A DNA stretch of 47,207 nucleotides from an uncultured Gammaproteobacteria bacterium (GTDB lineage: Bacteria > Patescibacteriota > Patescibacteriia > Magasanikbacterales > GWA2-37-8): NCBI GenBank assembly GCA_964403325.1, contig CAYOFO010000003.1, positions 1 through 47,207 of the forward strand, in the 5' to 3' direction. The translations under genes and the position numbers were made by a program. The notes below the pieces were generated by a model. That model was not told the DNA's origin and did no database searches. It was given only the letters and a program-made list of their open reading frames with translations. Position 1 is the first letter of the stretch. Every line of letters begins with the position of its first letter. Below are positions 27,982 to 37,714 of the stretch, one piece after another.

Positions 27982-29460
27982 ATGGAGCCTTGGATAATTG
28001 CCACACCCTTTGGTTTTAGTTTTGATTTGTCGTTGTGGCAAAATATTTTTTTGCTGCCGACGACCAACTTTATTAAAATTTGTTTTGCTATTATTGGTTG
28101 GCCATTTTTGGCTTTGTTTTTGGTGTACATGGCTGCGCATCTCTGGCTCAGTTATCGGCGTGAAAAACATAGTCGTCACTGGAAATGGGTATTGTTGGCC
28201 GTGGATATTCCTCCCATGTTTATTCAGACACCCAAAGCGGTTGAGCAAATTTTTGCTCATTTAAGCGGCGCCAGAATTCAGCCCAATATCGGAGAAAAAT
28301 ATTGGCAAGGTAAAAAGCAAAAAAGTTTTAGTTTTGAAATAGTGAGCATTGATGGTTATATTCAATTTTTAATTCGCACCGAAGAGGGCTTCCGTGATTT
28401 GGTGGAAGCGGCTATTTATGCACAATATACCGAAGCTGAGATTACAGAAGTAGAGGATTATGTGGGAAATATTCCCGCTCATTTTCCGGATAGTGAGAAT
28501 GACGTGTTTGGGGTTGAATTTGGTCTTGAGGAGGATGATGCCTATCCAATTCGTACCTATCCCAGTTTTGAATATAATATCAGCAAGGACGCTGTTTTCA
28601 GTGATCCGATGGCAGCGCTCCTCGAAAATTTTAGCCGCATAAGCTATGGAGAAAATTTTTGGCTTCAACTTATTGTAGAACCGACTGATAATCATTGGAA
28701 AGAAAAAGGTATAAAATTAGTAAAAAAACTTCTTACAGGCAACGATGACGGTCACCATGGGGGTGGGGCTGCTTCCGGGATATCAAAAATTATGGGGGCC
28801 TCCACTTCTTTGCTCAGTGATTTTAGTAATGTGTTTAATGGGGTGGAAGCCGATAAGCATGCTAAAAAAGGTCATGATGGGCATGACGTTAAAATTGAAA
28901 AAAAGATCAGTGATTTAACCCCGGGCGCCAAAAATACCATGGAGGCGGTAGAAGAAAAGATACTCAAAATTGGTTTTAAATCCAAACTAAGAGTCTTGTA
29001 TGCGGCTAAGAAATCTGTATATAATCCAGCTCGGTGCATCAGCGGTTTTATTGGGGCCATTAATCAATTTCACATTATTGGCCGCAATGCCTTGGTGCCG
29101 CACGAAGTGACTGAGGCGCATTATGCCTTCAAAAATCGCAAGGAAAATCACCTTAAATCTCATTTTGTACATGCTTTTCAAAAACGTAAGTTAAAAACTG
29201 GTGGAACGCCGTACATACTTAATATTGAAGAGCTGGCTACTTTGTGGCATTTTCCGCTGCCTTTCGTAAAAACACCGCTCTTGCAAAAAGCAGGTGCCAA
29301 ACGGGCTGAGCCTCCGGCCGGACTTCCTTTTGATATGCCGGAGGGTTGGCCAACCAAAAAAGGTATGCCGCATTCAGCGCAGCCACATCATAAACATACC
29401 GGACTTTTCTCTGTTTCAGAAACAGAGGAAGAAGTGCCAACAGATTTACCAATGGAATAA
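27982..29460 (+). CDS. membrane-anchored hypothetical protein (492 aa)
   Basis: N-terminal TM pair, then WKWVLLAVDIPP ... FSFEIVSIDGYIQFLIRTEE ... AIYAQYTEAEITEV. His/Gly-rich spacer. No assignable catalytic motif. Confidence 0.7.
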   Translation: MEPWIIATPFGFSFDLSLWQNIFLLPTTNFIKICFAIIGWPFLALFLVYMAAHLWLSYRREKHSRHWKWVLLAVDIPPMFIQTPKAVEQIFAHLSGARIQPNIGEKYWQGKKQKSFSFEIVSIDGYIQFLIRTEEGFRDLVEAAIYAQYTEAEITEVEDYVGNIPAHFPDSENDVFGVEFGLEEDDAYPIRTYPSFEYNISKDAVFSDPMAALLENFSRISYGENFWLQLIVEPTDNHWKEKGIKLVKKLLTGNDDGHHGGGAASGISKIMGASTSLLSDFSNVFNGVEADKHAKKGHDGHDVKIEKKISDLTPGAKNTMEAVEEKILKIGFKSKLRVLYAAKKSVYNPARCISGFIGAINQFHIIGRNALVPHEVTEAHYAFKNRKENHLKSHFVHAFQKRKLKTGGTPYILNIEELATLWHFPLPFVKTPLLQKAGAKRAEPPAGLPFDMPEGWPTKKGMPHSAQPHHKHTGLFSVSETEEEVPTDLPME

Positions 29461-29499
29461 AATAACCGACGCTTTGCCTTAAGCAAAGCGTCGGTTATT
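29461..29499. terminator. bidirectional terminator between convergent genes
   Basis: Perfect 17-bp inverted repeat AATAACCGACGCTTTGC-cttaa-GCAAAGCGTCGGTTATT. Confidence 0.85.
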
Positions 29500-29589
29500 A
29501 TAAATTTTGCGGGGGGTAAATGTATCTGTCGGTAGAGTGTCGTTGTCTCAACGGTTTCTCCTTTGTCCAAGGGTGTTGCGGATAAAATC

Positions 29590-30435
29590 TTAGATGTTAT
29601 TTTTTTCGGCAGAGAGAACTGTGTTAAGAATGAGGCGGGCTACCGTAATGGGACCAACTCCACCGGGAGTAGGGGTGACGTAGCTAGCGTGCGGGAGAAC
29701 TTCTTCCACGTTAACATCGCCAGACATTTTCCCATCCTCAAAACTTACGCCAGCATCAATAACAACGGCGTCTTTTTTTATCATGTCTGCGGAAATAAGA
29801 TTTTTTTTACCGACGCCGGAAATAATAATATCCGCTTGCAGACATTTGTTTTTTGTATCTTTCGTACGGCTGTTGCAGGTTGTGATGCTTGCTCCGGCGT
29901 TTACTAAGAGCATGGAAAGTGGTTTGCCAACGAGAATGCCCATGCCGATAATGGCGGCATTTTTTCCGGCCAGAGCAATATTAAGTTCGCTTAAAATAGT
30001 CATGATCGCACCAGCTGTTGGTGGCATAAGATAATGGCTGTTGGTCATAAGATGGCCCAGATTTTCGTCTGTTAAAAAATCAACATCAATTTTTGGATCA
30101 ATAGCGTTAAGAACAGGACGCGTATAGAGATGCTCGGGTAAAGGTAACTGGATCATGAGGCCGGATAAATGTTCTTGGGTTTGCAGGCGGTGTATTTTTT
30201 GGATGAGCTCTTGTTCGGTAATGTCTTCGTTGGTTTGTTCGAGTATAAAATCAACCCCAACTTTTTTGGCAACTTCGCCTTTCATTCGGTCGTACATGGC
30301 AGAAGCCGGGTCGTTGCCAACCAAAACAATGCCCAGTTTAGGTGTAATGCCTTTAGTTTTTAAAGCCTGTACTTTTTGCGCGGTTTGCATTTGAATTTTA
30401 TGAGCAATGGCTCGGCCGTCAATCAGAATTCCCAT
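29590..30435 (-). CDS. folD: bifunctional methylenetetrahydrofolate dehydrogenase/cyclohydrolase
   Basis: LIDGRAIA ... PKLGIVLVGNDPASAMYDRMK ... GLMIQLPLP ... VDFL ... PPTAGAIM ... VIGMGILVGKPL ... TPTPGGVGPITVA. Confidence 0.93.
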   Translation of the reverse strand: MGILIDGRAIAHKIQMQTAQKVQALKTKGITPKLGIVLVGNDPASAMYDRMKGEVAKKVGVDFILEQTNEDITEQELIQKIHRLQTQEHLSGLMIQLPLPEHLYTRPVLNAIDPKIDVDFLTDENLGHLMTNSHYLMPPTAGAIMTILSELNIALAGKNAAIIGMGILVGKPLSMLLVNAGASITTCNSRTKDTKNKCLQADIIISGVGKKNLISADMIKKDAVVIDAGVSFEDGKMSGDVNVEEVLPHASYVTPTPGGVGPITVARLILNTVLSAEKNNI

Positions 30436-30594
30436 AGGTGTAAGATGAGGTAAATAAGCTTTGTGAAACGCTAGCTTAACAAATATATGGTCTTTTTACA
30501 AATAAAAAGCCTTTAGATTCGCTAAAATAAAGCTATTTTGTACTTAAAAACAATAAAAAAATGCCAGTATTTTTACTACGAGGCACTTAAATAT

Positions 30595-30623
30595 ATTCTA
30601 TCACATTTTTGTAAATTTGTCAA
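30595..30623 (-). promoter_or_regulatory. sigma70-type promoter pointing toward folD
   Basis: Minus strand TTGACA (30623-30618), 17 nt spacer, TAGAAT (30600-30595). Confidence 0.55.
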
Positions 30624-30864
30624 TAAAAATTGACAGTAATGCATAGTTTACATTTTTACAATGTTGCCCTAGAACTTAAAAAATGGGAACAATAAGTATT
30701 AAAAAACCCAGCTTTTTTGCAGCAGTTTTTTCTTTTTGGACAGCTCTTTCGTAACCCTCCTTTAATTTGTTAATTGCCGTGCGCCTTACCTCGCTCACTT
30801 CCCTATTTTTTCAATATAGTTCAGTTAGTCTTTAAGTGTTATAATCAATGCATATATCATATTT

Positions 30865-32733
30865 ATGTTTTTTTCTTCTTCGCAAAAAAAATTGTCGGAA
30901 ATCGCTCGGTTAGTTCGTTATAACATTCTCATTTCCACCACGGCGGCTGGGAGCGGACACCCCAGCTCATCGCTTTCAGCCACAGACATTATGACAACAT
31001 TGATGTTCGGAGGTTTTTTTCGCGCTGACCTCAAACATCCGGAGTATAACAACAATGATCGTTTAATTTTTTCTAAAGGTCATGCTGCCCCGCTTTTTTA
31101 TGCTTTATACGCGGCAGCCGGAATGGTGACGTCAGAAGAAATGCAGCAATTGCGTAAGTTTGGTGCACGTCTCGAGGGACACCCGACCATGCGCTTTCCC
31201 TTTACCGAAGCTGCCACCGGTTCGTTGGGCCAGGGATTGTCGATTGGAGTGGGCATGGCCATAAACGCCAAGTATCTGGATAAGCTGGATTATAAAACTT
31301 ATGTTTTGATGGGGGATAGTGAAATGGCTGAAGGGTCGATTTATGAAGCTATGGAACTGGCGATTTATTATAAACTGAATAATTTGGTTGCAATAGTTGA
31401 TGTAAATAGACTTGGTGAGCGTGGTGAAACCATGGTCGGATACGATACGAATGTTTACCAAAAAAAAGCCGAGGCATTTGGTTGGGAAGCTATAGTTATC
31501 GATGGGCACAATTTGGAAGACATAAAAAACGCTTTTACAAAAGCAAAAAAAAGCGCGAAGCCGGTTATGATTATCGCGAAGACTATAAAGGGCAAAGGGG
31601 TATCGTTTATGGAAAATAAAGAAGGTTGGCACGGCAAGGCGATGAATGAAGAACAATTGGGGTTGGCGTTGAAAGAAATTGGACCAGTCAACGAGAAGCT
31701 TGTGGGAAAAATAGTTTTGCCGAAAAATTTACAAAAGACAGGTAAAAAAATACAAAAATCGAGTGCTGTAAATTCAGGAGAATTGCATGCTTCGTATAAA
31801 ATTGGTCAAATGATGGCCACTCGGGAGGCGTATGGCGTAGCTCTTACAGAACTGGGCAAAACATCCGAGAATGTCGTGGCACTGGATGCGGAAGTGAGTA
31901 ATTCGACTTTTTCCGATAAGTTTAAAAAAGATTTCCCAGAACGTTTTTTCGAAATGTTTATTGCTGAGCAAAACATGGTTGGTGCGGCGGTGGGGTTGGC
32001 AGCTCGGGGAAAAATACCCTTTGTATCTACGTTTGCTGCCTTTTTTACACGAGCTTTTGATCAGTTGCGCATGGCCGCCTATAGCGCAGCCAATATTAAA
32101 TGCGTTGGTTCGCATTGTGGCGTCTCAATTGGAGAAGATGGTACTTCACAGATGGGGCTCGAAGACATCGCTCTCTTTCGATCGATTTTTGGCAGCATCG
32201 TGCTCTATCCCAGTGATGCAGTGGCGACGCGTGAGTTGGTGAAGGAGTTGATGCGGTACCAGGGTTTGGGCTATTTGCGGACCACTCGGATGGCGCTGCC
32301 CGTGCTCTATAAAGATACGGAAAAATTTGTTATTGGCGGCAGCAAGACCTTGTGTAAGAGTGCTAAAGACGTTGTTACTGTGGTGGGGGCTGGTATTACC
32401 CTCCACGAAGCTCTCAAAGCTTATGAGATTTTGCGCCAGCAAGGTATTTTTATACGAGTGATTGATCTCTATAGTATTAAACCAATCGACTCAAAAACTT
32501 TGGCACTGGCTGCCAAACAGACCCAGGGGATTGTGATAGTAGAGGATCATTATGCGGCGGGCGGAATGGCCGAGGCAGTACGGACGGCTCTTTCAGGCGT
32601 TACATCAAATATTTATTCGCTATGCGTTACCAAAATGCCGCAAAGTGGAAAGCCGCAAGAGCTGATTAATTATGAAGATATTTCCGAAAAAGCCATTGTG
32701 ACTCTGGTTAAGAAAATTTTGCGCCAGCGCTAA
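30865..32733 (+). CDS. tkt: transketolase (single-chain, N- and C-terminal halves fused)
   Basis: GSGHPSSSLSATDIM, GHAAPLFYA, GSLGQGLSIGVGMA, GDSEMAEGSIYEA, FIAEQNMVGAAVGLA, EDGTSQMGLEDIA. Confidence 0.93.
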   Translation: MFFSSSQKKLSEIARLVRYNILISTTAAGSGHPSSSLSATDIMTTLMFGGFFRADLKHPEYNNNDRLIFSKGHAAPLFYALYAAAGMVTSEEMQQLRKFGARLEGHPTMRFPFTEAATGSLGQGLSIGVGMAINAKYLDKLDYKTYVLMGDSEMAEGSIYEAMELAIYYKLNNLVAIVDVNRLGERGETMVGYDTNVYQKKAEAFGWEAIVIDGHNLEDIKNAFTKAKKSAKPVMIIAKTIKGKGVSFMENKEGWHGKAMNEEQLGLALKEIGPVNEKLVGKIVLPKNLQKTGKKIQKSSAVNSGELHASYKIGQMMATREAYGVALTELGKTSENVVALDAEVSNSTFSDKFKKDFPERFFEMFIAEQNMVGAAVGLAARGKIPFVSTFAAFFTRAFDQLRMAAYSAANIKCVGSHCGVSIGEDGTSQMGLEDIALFRSIFGSIVLYPSDAVATRELVKELMRYQGLGYLRTTRMALPVLYKDTEKFVIGGSKTLCKSAKDVVTVVGAGITLHEALKAYEILRQQGIFIRVIDLYSIKPIDSKTLALAAKQTQGIVIVEDHYAAGGMAEAVRTALSGVTSNIYSLCVTKMPQSGKPQELINYEDISEKAIVTLVKKILRQR

Positions 32734-32746
32734 CTTGTCGCTACAT

Positions 32747-32775
32747 AAAAAGTCTGCCCATATGGCAGATTTTTT
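32747..32775. terminator. bidirectional terminator after tkt
   Basis: aaaaAGTCTGCC-catat-GGCAGATttttt. Confidence 0.8.
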
Positions 32776-32992
32776 AGTTATAAGTCTCTTCCAGTTTTTC
32801 AACCACTTTCCAGGCTTCCATGAGGGAGTGACAGGCTACTTTGGGTTCAAGGGGGATGAATTTGCTATCAAGGACGCTCACGATAAAGCGGTTAAAGTAG
32901 GATTCTATAGTAATGTGATTGCTTTTGACTTTTTTGACGATATAATTGTCCACTTCTTTCCAACCATGCGGCAGGGAGACGAAAAATGACAT
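32774..32992 (-). CDS. small hypothetical protein (72 aa)
   Basis: ATG-initiated and ends at the shared terminator. Preferred over the overlapping plus-strand ORF 32735-32989, whose TTG start lies inside the terminator. Confidence 0.45.
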   Translation of the reverse strand: MSFFVSLPHGWKEVDNYIVKKVKSNHITIESYFNRFIVSVLDSKFIPLEPKVACHSLMEAWKVVEKLEETYN

Positions 32993-33179
32993 AAGGGATA
33001 AAGTAATGCAAGAGTTGCCACATTATACCATATTTTTTGTCAAAATATATTTACATTGTGGAAAATATGGGGACAAATGAGTATAAAAGTGGATAAGTGG
33101 TGTAAAAATTATTTTTTTAAGCAAAATATATTGCCGTGAGAAAGAAAAAGAAAGGTGGTGATTCTTAAAGAAGTTTATT

Positions 33180-33593
33180 TTAGGGCTTAATTTTTGTGAC
33201 GCTTTTGATGGGGATCCAGCCGCGGGTGCTTTGGTTGATCTTTATTTGTATCCAAGTTTTATCTTGGTGGAGGATGGTATATTTTTGGTTGGGAATAGTC
33301 GAGCCGATAATTTTGGCAAGAGCTTTATTTTTGCTTCTAATTGGTTTTTTGATTTTGGTGGTGTTGGAAGCGGGGGTGGGTGGGGTGGTGGGGATGACCA
33401 GGGAAGCTGGGGTAGAGGCACTGCTGCAGGTTGGGTAATATGGAGCGCAGGTGACTGATAGGGCACTGCCGTCACAACAGCCGCAGCCACACACGCCACC
33501 ATGGTGGGAGCAGCAGCCACTACGAGCCGCCGCCGGGTGAATGGCTAAAAACAGGATGGCGAGGCTGAGGAGGAAGGCGATTTTTTTGGTCAT
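33180..33593 (-). CDS. secreted Cys-rich protein with C-terminal SH3b-like domain
   Basis: Signal peptide MTKKIAFLLSLAILFLAIHPAAA. Cys cluster GCCSHHGGVCGCGCCDGS. C-terminal AKIIGSTIPNQKYTILHQDKTWIQIKINQSTRGWIPIKSV. Confidence 0.7.
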   Translation of the reverse strand: MTKKIAFLLSLAILFLAIHPAAARSGCCSHHGGVCGCGCCDGSALSVTCAPYYPTCSSASTPASLVIPTTPPTPASNTTKIKKPIRSKNKALAKIIGSTIPNQKYTILHQDKTWIQIKINQSTRGWIPIKSVTKIKP

Positions 33594-33645
33594 AGATTTT
33601 TGTTTATGTTGGTTTTTGTCTAGGCTTGGGTGTGGGGGGTGGGGG

Positions 33646-34380
33646 TTAAAAGGAGATTCTGGGAGGCATATTTACAATTTTTTGGATTTCAGCTTTTAAG
33701 TGTTCGCCGGAAAAATCAATAAAGCTTTGGCCTTGTACCCTGTTGACCACCCATTGTGGATGGTTGTCGGCAATGCCATCGATGCTTTGCTTCTTAAGGG
33801 GCTCAGCATCATCCCAGTCGACCACAATCGGATGTTTGGGATAATCTGGGGGTGGGGTGGTAACTAATTTTTCTTGGGCCGCTAATGTCATGGAAGTCTC
33901 GGTATTTCCGGCATGTTCATCTACGGGGCCGCCAATTATTTCTCTGGTTTTTTGCAGGATTGGTTCTGGGTCTAAATTCACATGGTGAAAAGATGTATTT
34001 TTAAATTGTGATTGGAATTCTTTGATAAATCGATCGATGGTGCCAATATTACCGCCGTGCCAGGAAGTAAAAATAATATGATCCGCGTAGTCGGTGAGCG
34101 ACAGGCAAATATCTCGCAACATCAACTTGAGGGTATCTTTTTCAATCCATATTGTCCCCGGAAAACCATGATGCTCTTTGGAGCAGGTGATTTCTAGGGT
34201 GGGCAGGAAGATGGCTGCCGGGCATTCAGCTATGGCTCGTGCCAGGATAGCATCTTGGCAATACGTATCTGTACCCAGCGGCAAAAAAGGGCCGTGCTGC
34301 TCGGTAGCACCCATAGGTACTACGAACGTATATTTTTTATTCGGATCAAAATAGGTGGTTTTGAGTTCTTTGAGGAGCAT
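33646..34380 (-). CDS. creatininase-family amidohydrolase
   Basis: MGATEQHGPFLPLGTDT, SWHGGN, DEHAGNTETS. Confidence 0.82.
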   Translation of the reverse strand: MLLKELKTTYFDPNKKYTFVVPMGATEQHGPFLPLGTDTYCQDAILARAIAECPAAIFLPTLEITCSKEHHGFPGTIWIEKDTLKLMLRDICLSLTDYADHIIFTSWHGGNIGTIDRFIKEFQSQFKNTSFHHVNLDPEPILQKTREIIGGPVDEHAGNTETSMTLAAQEKLVTTPPPDYPKHPIVVDWDDAEPLKKQSIDGIADNHPQWVVNRVQGQSFIDFSGEHLKAEIQKIVNMPPRISF

Positions 34381-34441
34381 AAGACGTTTTTATGTACGGC
34401 ATGAGTATTGTTGCAGCGGGTTTTATCGTAAAGGAATTGTT

Positions 34442-34849
34442 TTATATCCCTTTTTGATGCGTGTAATTGCGTTTGGTCATGGCCGACCAGGTTTGCAAAC
34501 CCTGTTTTGTATAAAAGGCTGACTTGGTTTGGTCGCAAACCAAGTCTATCATATACATCCTCTTAAGTCTGCGCAGCATTTTTTTGAGGAGCATTGTACC
34601 AATACCTTGGCCCTGGTAGGCGGGTAAAACTTCAAGGAAGGGGATGTATGCCGCCAGCACCCCATCAGAAATGGCGGTAATAAACCCAACAACCTGCTTC
34701 TCTCTATTAATCGCCAAAAAACAAAAATTACTTTTTTGTAAAAGTTGTAGGTGTTTTTGTGGTGAAGGTTTTTGTTTCCAATTCACAAAAAAACCTTTGA
34801 GCTGCTGAGGAGTGATTTTTTCTAATGAATCGGTGTAGGTTATGGCCAT
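34442..34849 (-). CDS. GNAT-family N-acetyltransferase
   Basis: LEVLPAYQGQGIGTMLLKKM (Q/R-x-x-G-x-G/A acetyl-CoA motif). Confidence 0.85.
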   Translation of the reverse strand: MAITYTDSLEKITPQQLKGFFVNWKQKPSPQKHLQLLQKSNFCFLAINREKQVVGFITAISDGVLAAYIPFLEVLPAYQGQGIGTMLLKKMLRRLKRMYMIDLVCDQTKSAFYTKQGLQTWSAMTKRNYTHQKGI

Positions 34850-34960
34850 AGCGTTATATGGTTAAGTCGTTTTTGGATTTGATTTATATTTCCAAATGTT
34901 GGTTAAATTTTTTGGCGTAAATCAGCTATTTTAAAAAAAGAAGTGTGCTATTCAAAAGTT

Positions 34961-35779
34961 TTATTTGATAATTTTTAATACGTTTATTGATCTTTTTTCG
35001 TGAGTGTCTGTGCTAGTGTGTATGTTAGTTCCAAAAAATCCTAAATTTTTTAACTGTTCTTCTATATTTTGAACTGAAAGATCTGAAAACATTTCCGGTA
35101 TCTCCGAAAAAAGCATACCTCCCGAAGCCAATAAATCATAGGCATTTTTTAGCATCTGCACAAAAACTGTTTTGTGTGAGTCTTTGGAGTATCTTGAAAC
35201 AGTTGTGTTTCTTTCTTCGAAAGCACCTTTTGGTCTGCAAACAATCAAATTAAAACTCATTATTTGCCTGCGACCCATGCATTCGCGTAGTTTTTTCCAA
35301 GATTTTCCGTCGTAAATATTAGCTTCAACCACTTCTCTTTTTTTATCTTCATTTAAAGAAGTGTAGTACCGTTCTTTTTTCACTAGCTTTTGCCTCTTTA
35401 AGGGATCTTGCTCTTTTGTAATAACTCTCTTAACTTGAGTTAACAGCCAGTTATCCATATCAACCAACCTAAACCCAACAACATTATCTGTTGAGCTGGT
35501 ATCTTTAATAAAATATCCTCCTCCAAATAAATCGAGAACATTTGTTGGTTTGCCCTGTTCTTTTTCTTGTTTTATTAGAGTTTCAAAAGTTTGGTTTCCA
35601 AGAAATGGAGCAAAAGTTTTTTCGTATGGATGAGTGTCATCAGAATCGTGTATTCCATCTACCCCCCAAAGATCCCCTAATTCTCTGTCGTCTCGTATAG
35701 AGAGATCTGCATCAAAGCAAAGAAGTTTTCTGATATTTACTGCATCCCTCTGATTAGGGCGTAAACTTTCTGAGGCCAT
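34961..35779 (-). CDS. hypothetical protein, possible class I SAM-dependent methyltransferase fold
   Basis: VLDLFGGGYF (motif I-like), VVGFRLVD, FNLIVCRP, LLASGGMLF. The assignment is pattern-based only. Confidence 0.55.
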   Translation of the reverse strand: MASESLRPNQRDAVNIRKLLCFDADLSIRDDRELGDLWGVDGIHDSDDTHPYEKTFAPFLGNQTFETLIKQEKEQGKPTNVLDLFGGGYFIKDTSSTDNVVGFRLVDMDNWLLTQVKRVITKEQDPLKRQKLVKKERYYTSLNEDKKREVVEANIYDGKSWKKLRECMGRRQIMSFNLIVCRPKGAFEERNTTVSRYSKDSHKTVFVQMLKNAYDLLASGGMLFSEIPEMFSDLSVQNIEEQLKNLGFFGTNIHTSTDTHEKRSINVLKIIK

Positions 35780-36076
35780 AGTTTAAATACTTTAATATTT
35801 TATGGACAGGCTAAGATAGCCTAGCATTTTTAAATTAAATATGCTAGAGAAAATTAGAACCAAAAAATGGCTTAGGTTAAGCATTGTTTTAGCATGAGTG
35901 TTCGATGCTCCGTATCGTGGACAGTATTAGAACCGGGTTTCGGGAAGTGGGGGAGTATTGGTGTGTTTCTGGATTGTTGATTTACTCTCCGGTATTACTC
36001 TGTGTTTCTTTTAAAAAATAGAAATGGATTTTTGTTCGGTGTTTTCCAGAAGATAATGGGGAGAAATCAAAAGAAA

Positions 36077-37672
36077 TTATATATTTTTAAATTTATTTTC
36101 ATCGATTGTGGTTTGAGAACCGAGTAAACGAGGAAAATCTATCTTAAATTTATTTATAATTTTTAGTCGATCAAAAATTAATTCCTGAGCAAAAATTGCT
36201 TGTAAAACCAATTTTATGGCTTGTTGGTCCTCCGGCGAAAATGGAGAATCCTCTGTTATGTTGATTTTTGTCTCCAGCTCCTGAACGTATCCATTAATCG
36301 ATATAATTGCCGATTGACACTCGGCTGCTATGCGACATCTTTCTTGAACATCTGGTATATCCTGTACTCCTTGGAGAGTTTTAACGTATCTGTTTTCCTT
36401 AATTACCTTCAAGCTGGTATGTAGCTCGTTAATTCTTTTTAAACGAATTATACGGTCGGTTGGATCTGTGGGCGTCATAACAAATTGGAGTTGATCGGGA
36501 GGCAAAGGGGTGGCGCGTTGAAAATCTAGTAGTTTTTTTTCGAATGCCACAGCTTGATCCAGCAGGGGCTTTAAGTGAAAGGTTGACATTTTGCTTAGCT
36601 GCTCTGCGTTTAAAGCAAAACCTTTTTCTTCAAGACGATTTATGAGTACGTTACGGATGTAATTATCCAGATTTTCTTCTTGTTGATGAATTGGTAATAA
36701 AAGAATGTCATCTTTCTGCTTATCTGTAATGAAGCCGTCGGCAAAGGCTTTTGCTACGAGTTCATGAATTTCTTTTCTCCTTTCTTGAACCTGAGTGTAT
36801 ACAGCTTCAATTTTTTTCTTTAAAGTAAAATCTGTATTTTTTGCACTCATCAAATCCGCCTTGATTGTTTCTATAGTTTTTTGTCCGCGTTCGTTAGGTA
36901 TCTTTACAGAAGTAATGCCAAGGTTTGCTGCTTCATCAAGCATTTCACCGGCTAAAGTTTTTACCATAGACCTAACGTGTTCCAAATCGGTTATTGGGTT
37001 CGAAAAATTTTCAAAAATTTTCAACAAATCATTCCACACACTAATTTCATCATAAAATTTTTGGAGTTCTGTGTAGGCCTGTTCCCAGGAATCTCCTTGC
37101 AGAGGTTGTTTGGGGCAAGAATCTCCAAGTTCAGTTCGTAATTTTAAAATTAACGGAGTAGTTAGCCCGGTTTGTTCTAAGGTATGGCATAATTCTAATG
37201 CTCCTGCTACTTGTTTTGCGTTCCGAGACAATCGAATGATTTGTTTTTTTATTATTTCAAACTGATCAGCAGTACTTCTATCCTGAAAAGTTAAAGATTG
37301 CAAGAGGGCTATCTTGGTAGCAATTTGTTCTTTGGTTATAAGTCGAAACCCGGATTCCTCTCCCGCGCCTTGCAAAGATGAGATAGCCACAAGGCGTTCC
37401 TGAGCAAGTTTTTCTGCCCATTCATTCATTTTTGTTTCTCTGCTTAAGGCGGTTCTCGTGAAAACTACTTCGTGCAAATCTGGCGGCAATTCGGAAGCTT
37501 TAAAAATTGTATTCATTGCCCCGCCTGCATTTATACAGTATTCAATTTTAGCCGGGTCTGGGTCCCATTTTTGAATTTCAACATTCGCTTTACCCAGTCC
37601 TTCCAATCCTGCATCCAGAATGATTTTTTGTTTGCTGTAATTTTCACCAACTCCATCTGATCTTTCTTCCAT
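36077..37672 (-). CDS. large alpha-helical hypothetical protein (531 aa)
   Basis: Long intact ORF, no signal peptide or TM, no recognisable motif. Confidence 0.7.
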   Translation of the reverse strand: MEERSDGVGENYSKQKIILDAGLEGLGKANVEIQKWDPDPAKIEYCINAGGAMNTIFKASELPPDLHEVVFTRTALSRETKMNEWAEKLAQERLVAISSLQGAGEESGFRLITKEQIATKIALLQSLTFQDRSTADQFEIIKKQIIRLSRNAKQVAGALELCHTLEQTGLTTPLILKLRTELGDSCPKQPLQGDSWEQAYTELQKFYDEISVWNDLLKIFENFSNPITDLEHVRSMVKTLAGEMLDEAANLGITSVKIPNERGQKTIETIKADLMSAKNTDFTLKKKIEAVYTQVQERRKEIHELVAKAFADGFITDKQKDDILLLPIHQQEENLDNYIRNVLINRLEEKGFALNAEQLSKMSTFHLKPLLDQAVAFEKKLLDFQRATPLPPDQLQFVMTPTDPTDRIIRLKRINELHTSLKVIKENRYVKTLQGVQDIPDVQERCRIAAECQSAIISINGYVQELETKINITEDSPFSPEDQQAIKLVLQAIFAQELIFDRLKIINKFKIDFPRLLGSQTTIDENKFKNI

Positions 37673-37714
37673 ATTAATATTATGTTATTAAAACCTTTGA
37701 AGAAATACTAGCGT

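Noticed and set aside
30436-30594. ZTP (pfl) or THF riboswitch in the folD leader
   Set aside because: The leader is A+T-rich and lacks the conserved GC-rich cores of those riboswitches.
32735-32989. Plus-strand 84-aa ORF after tkt
   Set aside because: Its TTG start lies within the tkt terminator hairpin. The opposite-strand ATG ORF that ends at the terminator is the more plausible call, though neither is strongly supported.
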